From the IMG/VR virus record IMGVR_UViG_3300005529_000001, positions 305,476 to 369,475 of that record: 64,000 bases of DNA. One strand, written 5' to 3'. Shown here in pieces: positions 9,363 through 18,910 of the stretch; position 1 is the stretch's first letter, and each line of letters opens with the position of its first letter. A program made the translations under genes and the position numbers. Below the pieces are notes generated by a model, which saw only the letters and a list, made by a program, of their open reading frames with translations, was not told the origin of the DNA and ran no database searches.

Positions 9363-10087
9363 GACACGTCAACATCAAACAAAAGCTTGAGGAAATCGGC
9401 GTCTCGCTTGATTCGATCATGATGGGTGACTTCGATTACATCGGAGAATACACTGCCAAACGTGATAGGAAGCCGAACGATGCCAACTACAAGAAGTACG
9501 GCGCGTATTACCGCTCCAACTATGAACGGGGGATTCTAATCTACTACCTAATCCGCCAGTTCAACCTAAGGTCATTCCTTGAGGTTGGTTTTGGTCGCGG
9601 TTATGGGACGTTTTGTGCTGCACGAGCTTTCCATGACGCAGGAATCGAGGGAAAAGTCCTAACCATCGACCCCGCTCTTGACGAGAAATACCTGACTGCA
9701 CTCCAACAGGTCTTTCCCAAAGAGTGGTTCAAGTGCATCCAGTTTGCCAAGGGCACGTCACAAGCGATACTTCCTCAGGTCAAAGATCACTATGATCTTG
9801 TCTATGTTGATGGCGACCATTCGTATGACGGCACCAAACATGACTGGGAGAAGACCAAAGACTTGTGGGACAAGTTCTTGCTGTTTGACGATTACCACCT
9901 CCCCACGAAAGACGACCCAGGCATCCAGTGCTCACGACTGATCGATGAGATCGACGATCCATCAAAGGAACTCATCATCATGGACCGCCGGATGTTTTTC
10001 GATGACCGCCGCTTCACCGATGATCAGATCGATTACGGTCAGGTGTTATTGAGCAAACCAGGAACGGGCCGTGATGATTGGGAATGA
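9359..10087 (+). CDS. class I SAM-dependent methyltransferase (Methyltransf_24-like, sugar O-methylation type)
   Basis: FLEVGFGRGYG, YDLVYVDGDHSYDG, LLFDDY. Confidence 0.88.
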   Translation: MRHVNIKQKLEEIGVSLDSIMMGDFDYIGEYTAKRDRKPNDANYKKYGAYYRSNYERGILIYYLIRQFNLRSFLEVGFGRGYGTFCAARAFHDAGIEGKVLTIDPALDEKYLTALQQVFPKEWFKCIQFAKGTSQAILPQVKDHYDLVYVDGDHSYDGTKHDWEKTKDLWDKFLLFDDYHLPTKDDPGIQCSRLIDEIDDPSKELIIMDRRMFFDDRRFTDDQIDYGQVLLSKPGTGRDDWE

Positions 10088-10439
10088 TAAATGCGTAGTC
10101 CCACCTGATGGGTGGTATTGCACTCGCAAAGCGGGTCATGACGGTCCCTGCGCTGCGTTGCCTGTCGTTGACGTTGAGAAACCTAATGATGTTGCGTTCT
10201 CGTATTCGGTCACCAAAAAGCAAGTCGCGCAAGCCAAGGTGTGGGTGGAGAAACATGACCTTGAGAAGCACGCAAAGGCAATGAAACCCTACGGCGAGGG
10301 TGGCAAGCTGATCCGTTACAGCGGAGCTATCGGCGGGGCATATACGTGGGAGTTCACTCCAACCAGCTTGGGAATCGCCGTAAACCTTCGATGTTCATGC
10401 GGAGAGAAGTTTGATGTCACGGACTATGATCTCTGGTGA
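10071..10439 (+). CDS. hypothetical protein with Cys motifs
   Basis: YCTRKAGHDGPC and LRCSCG; overlaps neighbours. Confidence 0.6.
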   Translation: MMIGNDKCVVPPDGWYCTRKAGHDGPCAALPVVDVEKPNDVAFSYSVTKKQVAQAKVWVEKHDLEKHAKAMKPYGEGGKLIRYSGAIGGAYTWEFTPTSLGIAVNLRCSCGEKFDVTDYDLW

Positions 10440-11166
10440 GAATCGCTTTGTCTTTGTTGCGCCGATGTACAATGCATCGGCAACACTAGACCAGTGTCTC
10501 GCTAGCTTGGTGGGCCAGTCTTACAAGAACTGGAAGATCATTCTTATTGATGACGTGTCTGACCAACACGAGGTGATGAAAGAAGCTGAGATCATCCGTC
10601 GGTGGCGACCCATGTGTTATAGCGGTGGCATGCAGATCGTGGATGTCTGGAACGATGAGAAGAAATGGGAGGTTGCCAACGTCCTACATGGCATCAGCAT
10701 GTGTGAACCCAATGACATCGTCTGTCGCATGGACGCCGATGACTGGTTGACGGAGCTTGATGCGCTGTGCATGCTTAACGCAGCATACACCCAGATGAAG
10801 TGTGACTGCTTATGGACTGCACACAGGTGGGGTTTTAGCGACAAGAACATCAGCGGGCCCATGTCAGACGGCACCGATCCCTACAAACACCCTTGGGTAT
10901 CAAGCCACCTGAAAACGTTCCGAAAGAGCCTCATCGATGGTGTCAATGACCAGAACTTTAGGGGTGAGGACGGGAGTTACATCCGACGTGCTGGTGACCA
11001 GGCAATCTACTTGCCGGTCTTGCAACATGCCCAAAAGAGACTGTTTGTCCCCAGGGTCATGTACCACTACACGATAGACGATGTTCCAGAAACGTACCAG
11101 ACTGATGATGCACGCTTCCAGCGTGATGAAGCATTGTTTCTTCGAGCGAGGGGCTATGTACAGTGA
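10426..11166 (+). CDS. GT2 glycosyltransferase
   Basis: FVAPMYNAS.TLDQCLASLVGQSYKNWKIILIDDVS; CRMDADDWL. Confidence 0.9.
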   Translation: MISGENRFVFVAPMYNASATLDQCLASLVGQSYKNWKIILIDDVSDQHEVMKEAEIIRRWRPMCYSGGMQIVDVWNDEKKWEVANVLHGISMCEPNDIVCRMDADDWLTELDALCMLNAAYTQMKCDCLWTAHRWGFSDKNISGPMSDGTDPYKHPWVSSHLKTFRKSLIDGVNDQNFRGEDGSYIRRAGDQAIYLPVLQHAQKRLFVPRVMYHYTIDDVPETYQTDDARFQRDEALFLRARGYVQ

Positions 11167-11740
11167 TGATTTCTTCAAGGCTTATGCGGATTACCTGAAA
11201 GAGCCCATTGTCCGTAAGAACCACGACCGCATCTTCCGTGATTGGTTCGAAGAGACGTGCCCATGTCAGCTCAAGGTCGTCGACATTGGTTGTGGTTTAG
11301 GTGAGTTCCACCAACATGGTTTCAAGTTGCAGTATGTAGGACTTGATCTCAACCCACGTGTCAACGCTGATACTTTGAAGGTCGACTACACTAAGCGTGA
11401 ATGGGTGAAGGACCTGCCCTTCCTACCCAATGCATTCGTCAGCTTGTTCTCGTTGGAGCCCATGCTCGATGTAAGCGAACGGTATTCCTACTACGACTGG
11501 CTTTTTGATGCCATTCCAACGCTTCAATTCGGTCTGTCAGCCGGTTTCTACTACGCCAGCAAGGCCGATCACTTCATGGTCGGTGAGGCAGGCGATATCA
11601 CCAGCTACCAGACTATTGAGAAGCTCGGCGAGCACGGCAAGGGCTCATACCACGAGGAATGGACGGTCATGCACACGCCATCTGTCATGTTCGGACAAGA
11701 TGTGGTCGAGATCTGGAAAAAATTCACGAGGAAAGTATGA
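11156..11740 (+). CDS. putative class I SAM-dependent methyltransferase
   Basis: VVDIGCGLGEF...YVGLDLN; start set at ATG 11156. Confidence 0.7.
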   Translation: MYSDDFFKAYADYLKEPIVRKNHDRIFRDWFEETCPCQLKVVDIGCGLGEFHQHGFKLQYVGLDLNPRVNADTLKVDYTKREWVKDLPFLPNAFVSLFSLEPMLDVSERYSYYDWLFDAIPTLQFGLSAGFYYASKADHFMVGEAGDITSYQTIEKLGEHGKGSYHEEWTVMHTPSVMFGQDVVEIWKKFTRKV

Positions 11741-11973
11741 GAAGGTTCTACCTACAACGCAACCAGGACGCCTCGGGCGTCTCGGGCCTGGGTAAGGTCG
11801 CTGAGGGTTGCCAGTTTGACACGGGTTGGTGTGCGTTGATCTGGCTGACGGGTAAGTCAGCGATGAGTTACTATCCAGACATCGAAACAATCATCATGAT
11901 CCACGGTCATAATGGGATGACACAGGTCACTTGGGTCGATGACGAAAGCTCGAACGTTGTCATTGAACGTTGA
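11737..11973 (+). CDS. conserved phage hypothetical protein
   Basis: RRFYLQR..DASGVSGLGKVAEGCQF...IHGHNG.T.VTW pattern seen in phage proteins; ATGA overlap at 11737. Confidence 0.7.
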   Translation: MRRFYLQRNQDASGVSGLGKVAEGCQFDTGWCALIWLTGKSAMSYYPDIETIIMIHGHNGMTQVTWVDDESSNVVIER

Positions 11974-12203
11974 ATGGTCCAGTGAAAATGAATCTAAAAG
12001 TGATCTTCGAAGCAGCAAACGGTGAACGTGTAGAACGTGAGCTCAAGACGGCGTGGTCTACCGAAGTGATGCGTGACCTAAAGTCGTACAAGGGGATCAC
12101 GGTGGGGGAGGACATGAAACAGATCCTCGCAAATACGATCGCAGAATGTATCAACCCTGAGTTCGTCATGAGCGTGCTGACTGAGTTTGAAAACAAGACG
12201 TAG
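11970..12203 (+). CDS. hypothetical protein
   Basis: Coupled within the operon. Confidence 0.55.
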   Translation: MNGPVKMNLKVIFEAANGERVERELKTAWSTEVMRDLKSYKGITVGEDMKQILANTIAECINPEFVMSVLTEFENKT

Positions 12204-12466
12204 TGAACCCATCCACTTTAGAGTGGTATGGTAAGGGAAACATGCTACGAATCGTTGTGACGGGACACCCAGCTGAGGGCAAGACGACGATCGCGATGAT
12301 CATCGAGAAAGCTCTCAAAGACCACGGTATCTTGGTCAAGAACCTAGACCCCGACGTCGTCTACGGGTCAAGCAATCCCGACCTCCAGTCCAACCGAATC
12401 GAAACACTTCGAGTTCGTTCTAGGGCTGAAAACGTTCACATCGAGACCGACCAGGTTCACAAATGA
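12203..12466 (+). CDS. small hypothetical protein with P-loop-like motif
   Basis: IVVTGHPAEGKTTIA; too short for a full NTPase. Confidence 0.55.
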   Translation: MNPSTLEWYGKGNMLRIVVTGHPAEGKTTIAMIIEKALKDHGILVKNLDPDVVYGSSNPDLQSNRIETLRVRSRAENVHIETDQVHK

Positions 12467-13419
12467 GAATGTATATCAACCGTTTGCCTGTCAGCGGGCC
12501 CTGGGGAGGTGGCAACCTTTTTGTCAGCGCGTTTCACAAGCGTGCTCCTGCCCTGGGCGAGAACAGGGACATTGAGCTGGTCATGGACGAAACTGGGCGC
12601 ACGCCCATTGACGTCATCCTGCTCGCGGGCTTGGATAACGACGGCACGGGCATCAGCGTTGACCAAGCGGTGATGTACCAGATGTACGTGAAACCCGACT
12701 GCAAAATCGTCCTCCGCGTCAACGAAAATGACGCTCGGAAGGGCACCACGCACATGGATGACATGTTGGTCAGGGTGTCAGAGCACCTGGATGGGACAGT
12801 CTTTGTCTCTCATTACTTGCAAGACTACTTCAACGAACGTGGGTGGAAGTGTCCAAACCAGGCTGTCATCTACAACGGCGTTGCTCACGATGTCTTTTCG
12901 CCACAACCCAAGTTTGACGACAACAAGCTCCACATCGTGGCACATCACTGGAGCGATAACCGGATGAAGGGTGCCGACATCTACGAGCAGCTCGACGTTT
13001 TCGTGGGAGAGCGGCCTGACAAGTTTGCTTTCACCTACATCGGTCGGCACCAGTGTGACTTCAAGAACACCACCGTGGTGAAGCCGCTTGCGGGCAAGGC
13101 TCTTGGCCAGGAGTTGGGAAAGCATGACGTGTACGTCAGCGCTAGCCGGTTTGATCCGGGCCCGAATCACATCCTCGAGGCGTTGTCATGTGGTTTGCCC
13201 ACCTGGGTCCATCGTGACGGTGGTGGATGCGTTGAGTTCGCTGGTGATGACCATGCCTATGAAAACTGGGATCGGTTGCAGGAGATCTTGCGAGCTCCAA
13301 ACCCAGTGGCGCCCAACTCAAACGCGGTGAAGCTTCGAACGTGGCAGGAGTGCGTCCAGGAGTATATTGACTACCTGGAGACCACATGGAAGGCCACATC
13401 AGGTTCGCAGAGCTCCTAG
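12463..13419 (+). CDS. GT4-like glycosyltransferase
   Basis: FVS..LQ.YF, VIYNGV, HDVYVSASRFDPGPNHILEALSCGLP. Confidence 0.88.
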   Translation: MRMYINRLPVSGPWGGGNLFVSAFHKRAPALGENRDIELVMDETGRTPIDVILLAGLDNDGTGISVDQAVMYQMYVKPDCKIVLRVNENDARKGTTHMDDMLVRVSEHLDGTVFVSHYLQDYFNERGWKCPNQAVIYNGVAHDVFSPQPKFDDNKLHIVAHHWSDNRMKGADIYEQLDVFVGERPDKFAFTYIGRHQCDFKNTTVVKPLAGKALGQELGKHDVYVSASRFDPGPNHILEALSCGLPTWVHRDGGGCVEFAGDDHAYENWDRLQEILRAPNPVAPNSNAVKLRTWQECVQEYIDYLETTWKATSGSQSS

Positions 13420-13784
13420 AGCTCCACATCACCAACCAGATCAACAAGAAGTTCGTTAATGCAACCGCTGATAACAAGACGCTGCACGAGATGCGAGACG
13501 TGGTCAAGGACCAGGTCTTCACCGTGTTTGGCAAGTCATCACACAAAGTGACTGAAGCGGGTCTCAACTGGCTTGTCAACCAGATCTTCAAGAACTTGCA
13601 ACTCAGCAGCAAAGACGCTGATGGCAAGACAACCAAGACAGCCGTCTATGAGCTCGTCATCTTCAACGAGTACAACCTGGCTGATCTGCCGTACAGTGAC
13701 ATCCAACTCTTGCGAAACCTCTTCAGCCAAGCTCCGTACGGGCAGCAACTTGAAGAAGAATACAAGAGCCGGAGCGCAGCATGA
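13386..13784 (+). CDS. hypothetical protein
   Basis: Operon position; plausible codon usage. Confidence 0.6.
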   Translation: MEGHIRFAELLELHITNQINKKFVNATADNKTLHEMRDVVKDQVFTVFGKSSHKVTEAGLNWLVNQIFKNLQLSSKDADGKTTKTAVYELVIFNEYNLADLPYSDIQLLRNLFSQAPYGQQLEEEYKSRSAA

Positions 13785-14173
13785 GCGAGTCAAAGATCAA
13801 GCCCGGCCAGTTTCACCAGGTGTTTTCCCAGCTCTTGGGCCAAAAGCTGAAACGCTTTGAGTCCAAAGATGGCGCGAAGGTTGACCTCAACCTTGTCACT
13901 TGTGTTGAGATCTACACAGAGATTTTCGAGACCTGTGTTGAAGTCATCACCACATCAGAGATCGAGCTGACCAATGAGGGGATGAACTACCTCGCACAAC
14001 AGTACTATGACGGCGTCCTGATCAACGGTCACCAAGAGCTCGATCCTGAGATCTTTAGCCAACGGGCAAAGGTCGAGAACATGGAGACAGAAGAGCTGAC
14101 ATTGTTGGCCGTCTTGCTGTCTGCTACTGACTTTGCTCTGCCCGTCCTTGAGGAGATCAGGAAGCGACAATGA
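13781..14173 (+). CDS. hypothetical protein
   Basis: ATGA overlaps. Confidence 0.65.
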   Translation: MSESKIKPGQFHQVFSQLLGQKLKRFESKDGAKVDLNLVTCVEIYTEIFETCVEVITTSEIELTNEGMNYLAQQYYDGVLINGHQELDPEIFSQRAKVENMETEELTLLAVLLSATDFALPVLEEIRKRQ

Positions 14174-14472
14174 ACGATCACTTGCCCGGCATCCATTACG
14201 CGTGTCCTGTGTCGAGCTCGACAGACGTCGATCGGGTCTATAACTCCATCGATGACATGCTCCTGACTGGACATGCTAACAAGGTGGACGAACTGCTGAC
14301 ACAGGTTGACGTCACCAAGTGTTCGATCACCATCATGCTGTCTTACCTGACCATCACTCTTGTGTGGAAAGACGCACTAAAGAACCGTGCAGCTCTCTAT
14401 GATCGGATCTATGACCGCATCGGATTGGTTGACCTTACACGACGGGAGAGCTTGCTACAGGGACTCAAGTGA
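14170..14472 (+). CDS. hypothetical protein
   Basis: ATGA/GTGA overlaps. Confidence 0.6.
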   Translation: MNDHLPGIHYACPVSSSTDVDRVYNSIDDMLLTGHANKVDELLTQVDVTKCSITIMLSYLTITLVWKDALKNRAALYDRIYDRIGLVDLTRRESLLQGLK

Positions 14473-15404
14473 AGATACACTTCGATAACGTCAACTTAGA
14501 CGCTCGAACAGGCCCGAACACGTTTGCTAGTCGACTAGCAAGAAAACTGTTCGAGATGGGACATTCTTGCCAGTTTGATGCCAAAGATGCCGACCTGAGC
14601 CTTGTTTTCATCGAACCCTCAGGAGCTTCCTTAGCAGCCAAAGTCGTCCAGCGGTTAGATGGTCTGTGGTTCAAGCCTTGGGAATTTGAGACAAAGAATG
14701 CTCGCATCAAAGAGCTGTACCAAAAAGCCGACGCCATAGTCTTCCAGTCGGAGTTTGACCGTCAGTTCACCGAAAAACACTGGGGTTTGCAAGCGGCAAC
14801 AGTCATTCACAACGGCATTGAGCTAAACCCAGTCAAGCAGCTAACGATCCCGAAGCTAGTCGAGATGCGAGAAGCTTACGACCAGATCTATGTCTGTTCC
14901 AGCAACTGGCACGCTCAAAAACGCCTTGAGACCAACGTCAGGCTGTTCAATCACCTGCGTAGCAAACACCCGAACTCGTGTCTCATCATTATGGGTGACC
15001 ATCCTGACTATCGAGCAACGGGCCCCCATACCTTCTACACCGGTCCGGTGGGCCCCGAAGTCTACAACCAGATCTACTCAGCAGCAAACTGGATGCTTCA
15101 CCTAGCCTGGGCTGATCACTGTCCAAACGTGGTAGTTGAAGCTTTGGCCCAGGGCACGCCCGTTGTTTGCAGCAACGTGGGTGGAACCCAAGAACTGGTT
15201 GGCAAGTATGGCAAGGTTCTCGTAGACCAACCTTATGATTACGAGCTTTCTGATTATGATAACCCGCCGACCATCAACATTGAACAGGTCGATGACCTCC
15301 CCGACCGACAGAAGCTGGATTACACGGGCGTCGCCAACCTGATCGACATCAACACGGTGGCGAGGCAGTACGAGCTGATGTTTGAGGAGGTGGTTTCTCG
15401 CTGA
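14469..15404 (+). CDS. GT4-like glycosyltransferase
   Basis: ADAIVFQSEF, VIHNGI, DHCPNVVVEALAQGTPVVCSNVGGTQELV. Confidence 0.9.
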   Translation: MKIHFDNVNLDARTGPNTFASRLARKLFEMGHSCQFDAKDADLSLVFIEPSGASLAAKVVQRLDGLWFKPWEFETKNARIKELYQKADAIVFQSEFDRQFTEKHWGLQAATVIHNGIELNPVKQLTIPKLVEMREAYDQIYVCSSNWHAQKRLETNVRLFNHLRSKHPNSCLIIMGDHPDYRATGPHTFYTGPVGPEVYNQIYSAANWMLHLAWADHCPNVVVEALAQGTPVVCSNVGGTQELVGKYGKVLVDQPYDYELSDYDNPPTINIEQVDDLPDRQKLDYTGVANLIDINTVARQYELMFEEVVSR

Positions 15405-15422
15405 TTGGTGTACATTTGTTCT

Positions 15423-16007
15423 ATGGGCAAGACGCGAAACGGCTTTGCGACGTGTACAGATTGCGGAGACGTTCGCTTCATGAAACGTCTAAGCTCGTCT
15501 GGATTTCGACTCTGTCGTAAGTGTGCTGCCAAACTGACAAATGCTCGAAGCAACTCTGCCTCGAAAGGCGGAAAAGTAGGCGGGAAACGAACGGCTGATC
15601 TGGGAAAATTGCAGGTTGCTGGACAGTTTGCTCACACTCCAGAAGCGGAGCGTAAGCGACACGAAACGTTGAAACGCATGGGCAAACTCTTTTCTTCCAA
15701 ACCAGAAGAACATCTTCATAAATTGCTCATTGATCGGTTCGGTCCAGAAGATGTCGACCACCACATAATCGTGGCAGGGTTTCGGATCGACTTTTACGTC
15801 AAAAGTATCAATACTTACATCCAGTTGGATGGCGCTTACTGGCACGGACTTCAACAACCCTACGATCAGTTGAAAGGTACACCCAAAGCGAAGTACGATC
15901 GAGACAGACGATGTGATGCCTACTTCACCGAAGTTGGAGTCCGTCTCGTCAGGATCATTGATACTGAGCTAGCGAAGGACGCTCAACATGCCCTCCAACG
16001 GATCTGA
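15423..16007 (+). mobile_element. putative free-standing homing endonuclease (Zn-finger/NUMOD-like N-terminus plus DUF559/Vsr-like PD-(D/E)XK domain)
   Basis: CTDC...CRKC, HTPEAERKRHETL, SKPEEHL, IDFYV...IQLDGAYWHG...DRRCDAYF...LVRI; sits between two GT4 genes. Confidence 0.7.
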
Positions 16008-17043
16008 AAAAATTTACGTTCTCCCGCCCCAAGAGGACTGGATTGTGGATCGTATGACTGATGAGTGGTATACACACAACGCTGACATCAGCACCAGGAG
16101 TCCCCAAAAAGCTGATGTCATTTGGTTGATGGCAGATTGGGCTTGGCAGGCGTTGTGGCACGTCGGTCTTCTCAAAAACAAGAAGGTGTTGACGACTGTC
16201 CATCACATTGTGCCCGAGAAGTTCGGTCCTATGGAACGGGCTGACTTCGAACTTCGCGACACTGTTACTACTGCCTACCATGTCTTCAACCAGTACACCC
16301 ACGATTTCATCCGGCCTCTGACCCTGAAACCCATCCACCTCATCAAGTACTGGGCAAATCAGGATCTGTGGAGACCTACTGGGACGAAGGAAGAATTCAG
16401 GAAAAAGTACAAACTTCCGCTAGATGTCTTTCTAGTAGGATCGTTCCAGAGAGATACTGAGGGTTCAAGTTTGGTGCTACTTGATCCAAAGCCTAAACTT
16501 GAAAAGGGCCCTGACAAATTTGTCGATTACGTGAAGATGCTTTCACAATATCGTGCTCAACACCAGATGTCGCCCGTTGCTGTCTTGTTGGGTGGATGGA
16601 GACGGCAATACATCACGACTCGTCTGCGCACGGAAGCTCCACACATCATGGTGTTTTCAACGGCTCCTGAAGATCGTATGCAGAAATGGTTTGAATACCC
16701 ACAACCCGTTCCAGTTGTATGGACCTCGGCGAAATTGGTGCAGTCTCAACCTGTACCTCTGAAAGATTTTTTGCCCCCTCTCGAAACCATCAACGAGCTG
16801 TACCAGTGTCTTGACCAGTACGCGGTGACCGCGCGCCAAGAGGGCGGTCCCCAAGCCTTGATCGAGTGTGGCTTGCTGGGAGTGCCCACCGTGTCCACGC
16901 CAGTGGGCATTGCGGAGCAGGTGTTGCCACCATCAGCGATCTGTGAAAACGTTTTCTCCGCCTCACCTGCGGTCCCCAACGTCGAGAACTGGAAGCTACC
17001 GGGCGGGTTTGAACTATATAGGGAGTTGTTGCAGTCGTTATGA
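15988..17043 (+). CDS. GT4-like glycosyltransferase
   Basis: TTVHHIVP, GSFQRD...EKGPD, YAVTARQEGGPQALIECGLLGVP.VSTPVGIAEQV. Confidence 0.85.
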   Translation: MPSNGSEKIYVLPPQEDWIVDRMTDEWYTHNADISTRSPQKADVIWLMADWAWQALWHVGLLKNKKVLTTVHHIVPEKFGPMERADFELRDTVTTAYHVFNQYTHDFIRPLTLKPIHLIKYWANQDLWRPTGTKEEFRKKYKLPLDVFLVGSFQRDTEGSSLVLLDPKPKLEKGPDKFVDYVKMLSQYRAQHQMSPVAVLLGGWRRQYITTRLRTEAPHIMVFSTAPEDRMQKWFEYPQPVPVVWTSAKLVQSQPVPLKDFLPPLETINELYQCLDQYAVTARQEGGPQALIECGLLGVPTVSTPVGIAEQVLPPSAICENVFSASPAVPNVENWKLPGGFELYRELLQSL

Positions 17044-17855
17044 GCGTAGCTTTTTTGCTTGTCACCTGCTGTCTTGAGCAGTCTCGTGCCGATCTCCTCG
17101 ACAGGGTGGTCGAGAACCTGTGCGAACAAGCGCCTGAACTGCGAGAGACGATGCTTGTTTTTGACAACGCATCGACTGTCCCTGGCGTCAGGACCTTGCT
17201 GACATCAAACTTCCGTCATGTCCGTCAAGCTGACAGGAACGTCGGCTACTGGTCTGCGGTCGACTGGTGGCTCACGGTGCTCGATTCGGCACCCAAGAAG
17301 CCCGACTTCACGTACATCATTGAGAGCGACATGATCCACTACAACTTCAATAAGCTGTGGGAATGTGCCGTCTACCTCGAACGAAACCCAGATGTGGGTT
17401 CGTGCCGGCTGCACCAGTACTCAGTCGTAGACAGGCACCTCTACAACAAAGACAGACCCCTGCCTGACAGCAAGCGCAATCTGTGGCAATCGCATCAAAA
17501 CAAAGTGACGGGCGAGCAAGTCATCTTTTCACAATCAGAGGGTGACATCTGGACATCAACGTTCTTGACACAGCTCCCGGCACTGAACCGTTTTGAGACG
17601 ATGAAAGAAGTCTTCCAAACGCTCCGAAGCTCTCCGATGTTTTCTGAGCTCGATTTCCAGATGAATTACTGGAAACGTTACCATCGAACAGCTATCCTCG
17701 ACGGCGGGATCTTTCACTGTGATCTGAACCCACATGATGCTGGGACGCTAACTGGTTCGTGGTCATCGCCTGAACAACTAAAGCAGATCGGGTACAAGAC
17801 CACGAGGATCGCAACAATCACTCCGCAAGACCAGTACACCGTTTGCTCGCTGTGA
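17040..17855 (+). CDS. GT2-like (GT-A fold) glycosyltransferase
   Basis: LVFDNAST, NVGYWSA, YIIESDM. Confidence 0.65.
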   Translation: MSVAFLLVTCCLEQSRADLLDRVVENLCEQAPELRETMLVFDNASTVPGVRTLLTSNFRHVRQADRNVGYWSAVDWWLTVLDSAPKKPDFTYIIESDMIHYNFNKLWECAVYLERNPDVGSCRLHQYSVVDRHLYNKDRPLPDSKRNLWQSHQNKVTGEQVIFSQSEGDIWTSTFLTQLPALNRFETMKEVFQTLRSSPMFSELDFQMNYWKRYHRTAILDGGIFHCDLNPHDAGTLTGSWSSPEQLKQIGYKTTRIATITPQDQYTVCSL

Positions 17856-17868
17856 TACAGTTCACAGG

Positions 17869-18909
17869 ATGTCTGGGACCCTTATCTTTGGCGGCACTGG
17901 TTCGCTCGGTCGCAAGCTGATTGAACGTCTCCTTCCCAAGGGAGACGTTGCTGTCTACTCACGTGATGAAGCGAAACACTGGACTATTCGAAATGAACTT
18001 TCGGGGTTCATTGAGAAAAGCTTGCCCTGGAAGCTTCAGTTCTTTGTGGGTGACGTCAGGGACAAAACTCGAGTCGAAGACGTCATTCGTCAGTACAACC
18101 CTGATACGATCATCATTGCTGCGGCGCTGAAACAAGTAGACACTTGTGAGCTCAGCCCCAACGAAAGCGTGTTGACAAACCTGATTGGGACTCAGAACGT
18201 CATCGACGCAGTCAACAAGTCACGGTTCTCCCCTGGTGTCTCAGTCATGTTCGTCAGCACCGACAAAGCTTGCGCACCTGTCAACGTCTATGGAATGTGC
18301 AAAGCAATCTCAGAACGCGTCGTGACAAGCCAGGCTCGTACGGGGCTATCAAACGTCAGGTACCTAGCGGTCCGTTATGGCAACGTTCTCGAGTCTAGAG
18401 GTAGCATCATACCGTTGTTCAAACACCAGTGTGAGAAAGGCGAGTTCTTGACGGTCACCGATCCCGAGATGACGCGGTACGTGATGACGCTAGATGACAG
18501 CGTGGATCTTATCCAAAAAGCAATAGAGTTTGGAATCTCAGGTGAGACGTGGATCCCGTGTCTTCCAGCAATGAAGATCGGTGACCTTGCTGACATTTTT
18601 TCTCAACGATATAACAAACCCGTCAAGGTCATTGGTTTACGGCCGGGAGAGAAGAAACACGAAGACCTGGTCAACGAGTCGGAGTCAGTTAGGACGCGTA
18701 AAATCAATCCACCCGTGGGATTTAACTACGTCATCGACCCCGCGTTTCGTTCCGGCAATGGTCAACGGTTCACTTACTCTAGCTCGGACCTGGTCATGAA
18801 TCGTGAAGATCTAGAGGTGTACCTCAACAAGCTTGGCATCTTTGACAAGCCGTTAGACCAGTTCAAGGGCCTTGCCATCGAAGAGATCGTCACCAACCGA
18901 AAGGAATGA
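17869..18909 (+). CDS. UDP-GlcNAc 4,6-dehydratase (PseB/PglF/CapD-type SDR)
   Basis: LIFGGTGSLG, YSRDEAKH, AAALKQV, STDKA..PVNVYGMCK, VRYGNVLESRGS, GLRPGEK.HE. Confidence 0.93.
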   Translation: MSGTLIFGGTGSLGRKLIERLLPKGDVAVYSRDEAKHWTIRNELSGFIEKSLPWKLQFFVGDVRDKTRVEDVIRQYNPDTIIIAAALKQVDTCELSPNESVLTNLIGTQNVIDAVNKSRFSPGVSVMFVSTDKACAPVNVYGMCKAISERVVTSQARTGLSNVRYLAVRYGNVLESRGSIIPLFKHQCEKGEFLTVTDPEMTRYVMTLDDSVDLIQKAIEFGISGETWIPCLPAMKIGDLADIFSQRYNKPVKVIGLRPGEKKHEDLVNESESVRTRKINPPVGFNYVIDPAFRSGNGQRFTYSSSDLVMNREDLEVYLNKLGIFDKPLDQFKGLAIEEIVTNRKE

Positions 18910-18910
18910 C

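Noticed and set aside
12203-12466. Functional kinase/NTPase
   Set aside because: It has a P-loop-like motif but only 87 aa and no Walker B or lid region; left as hypothetical.
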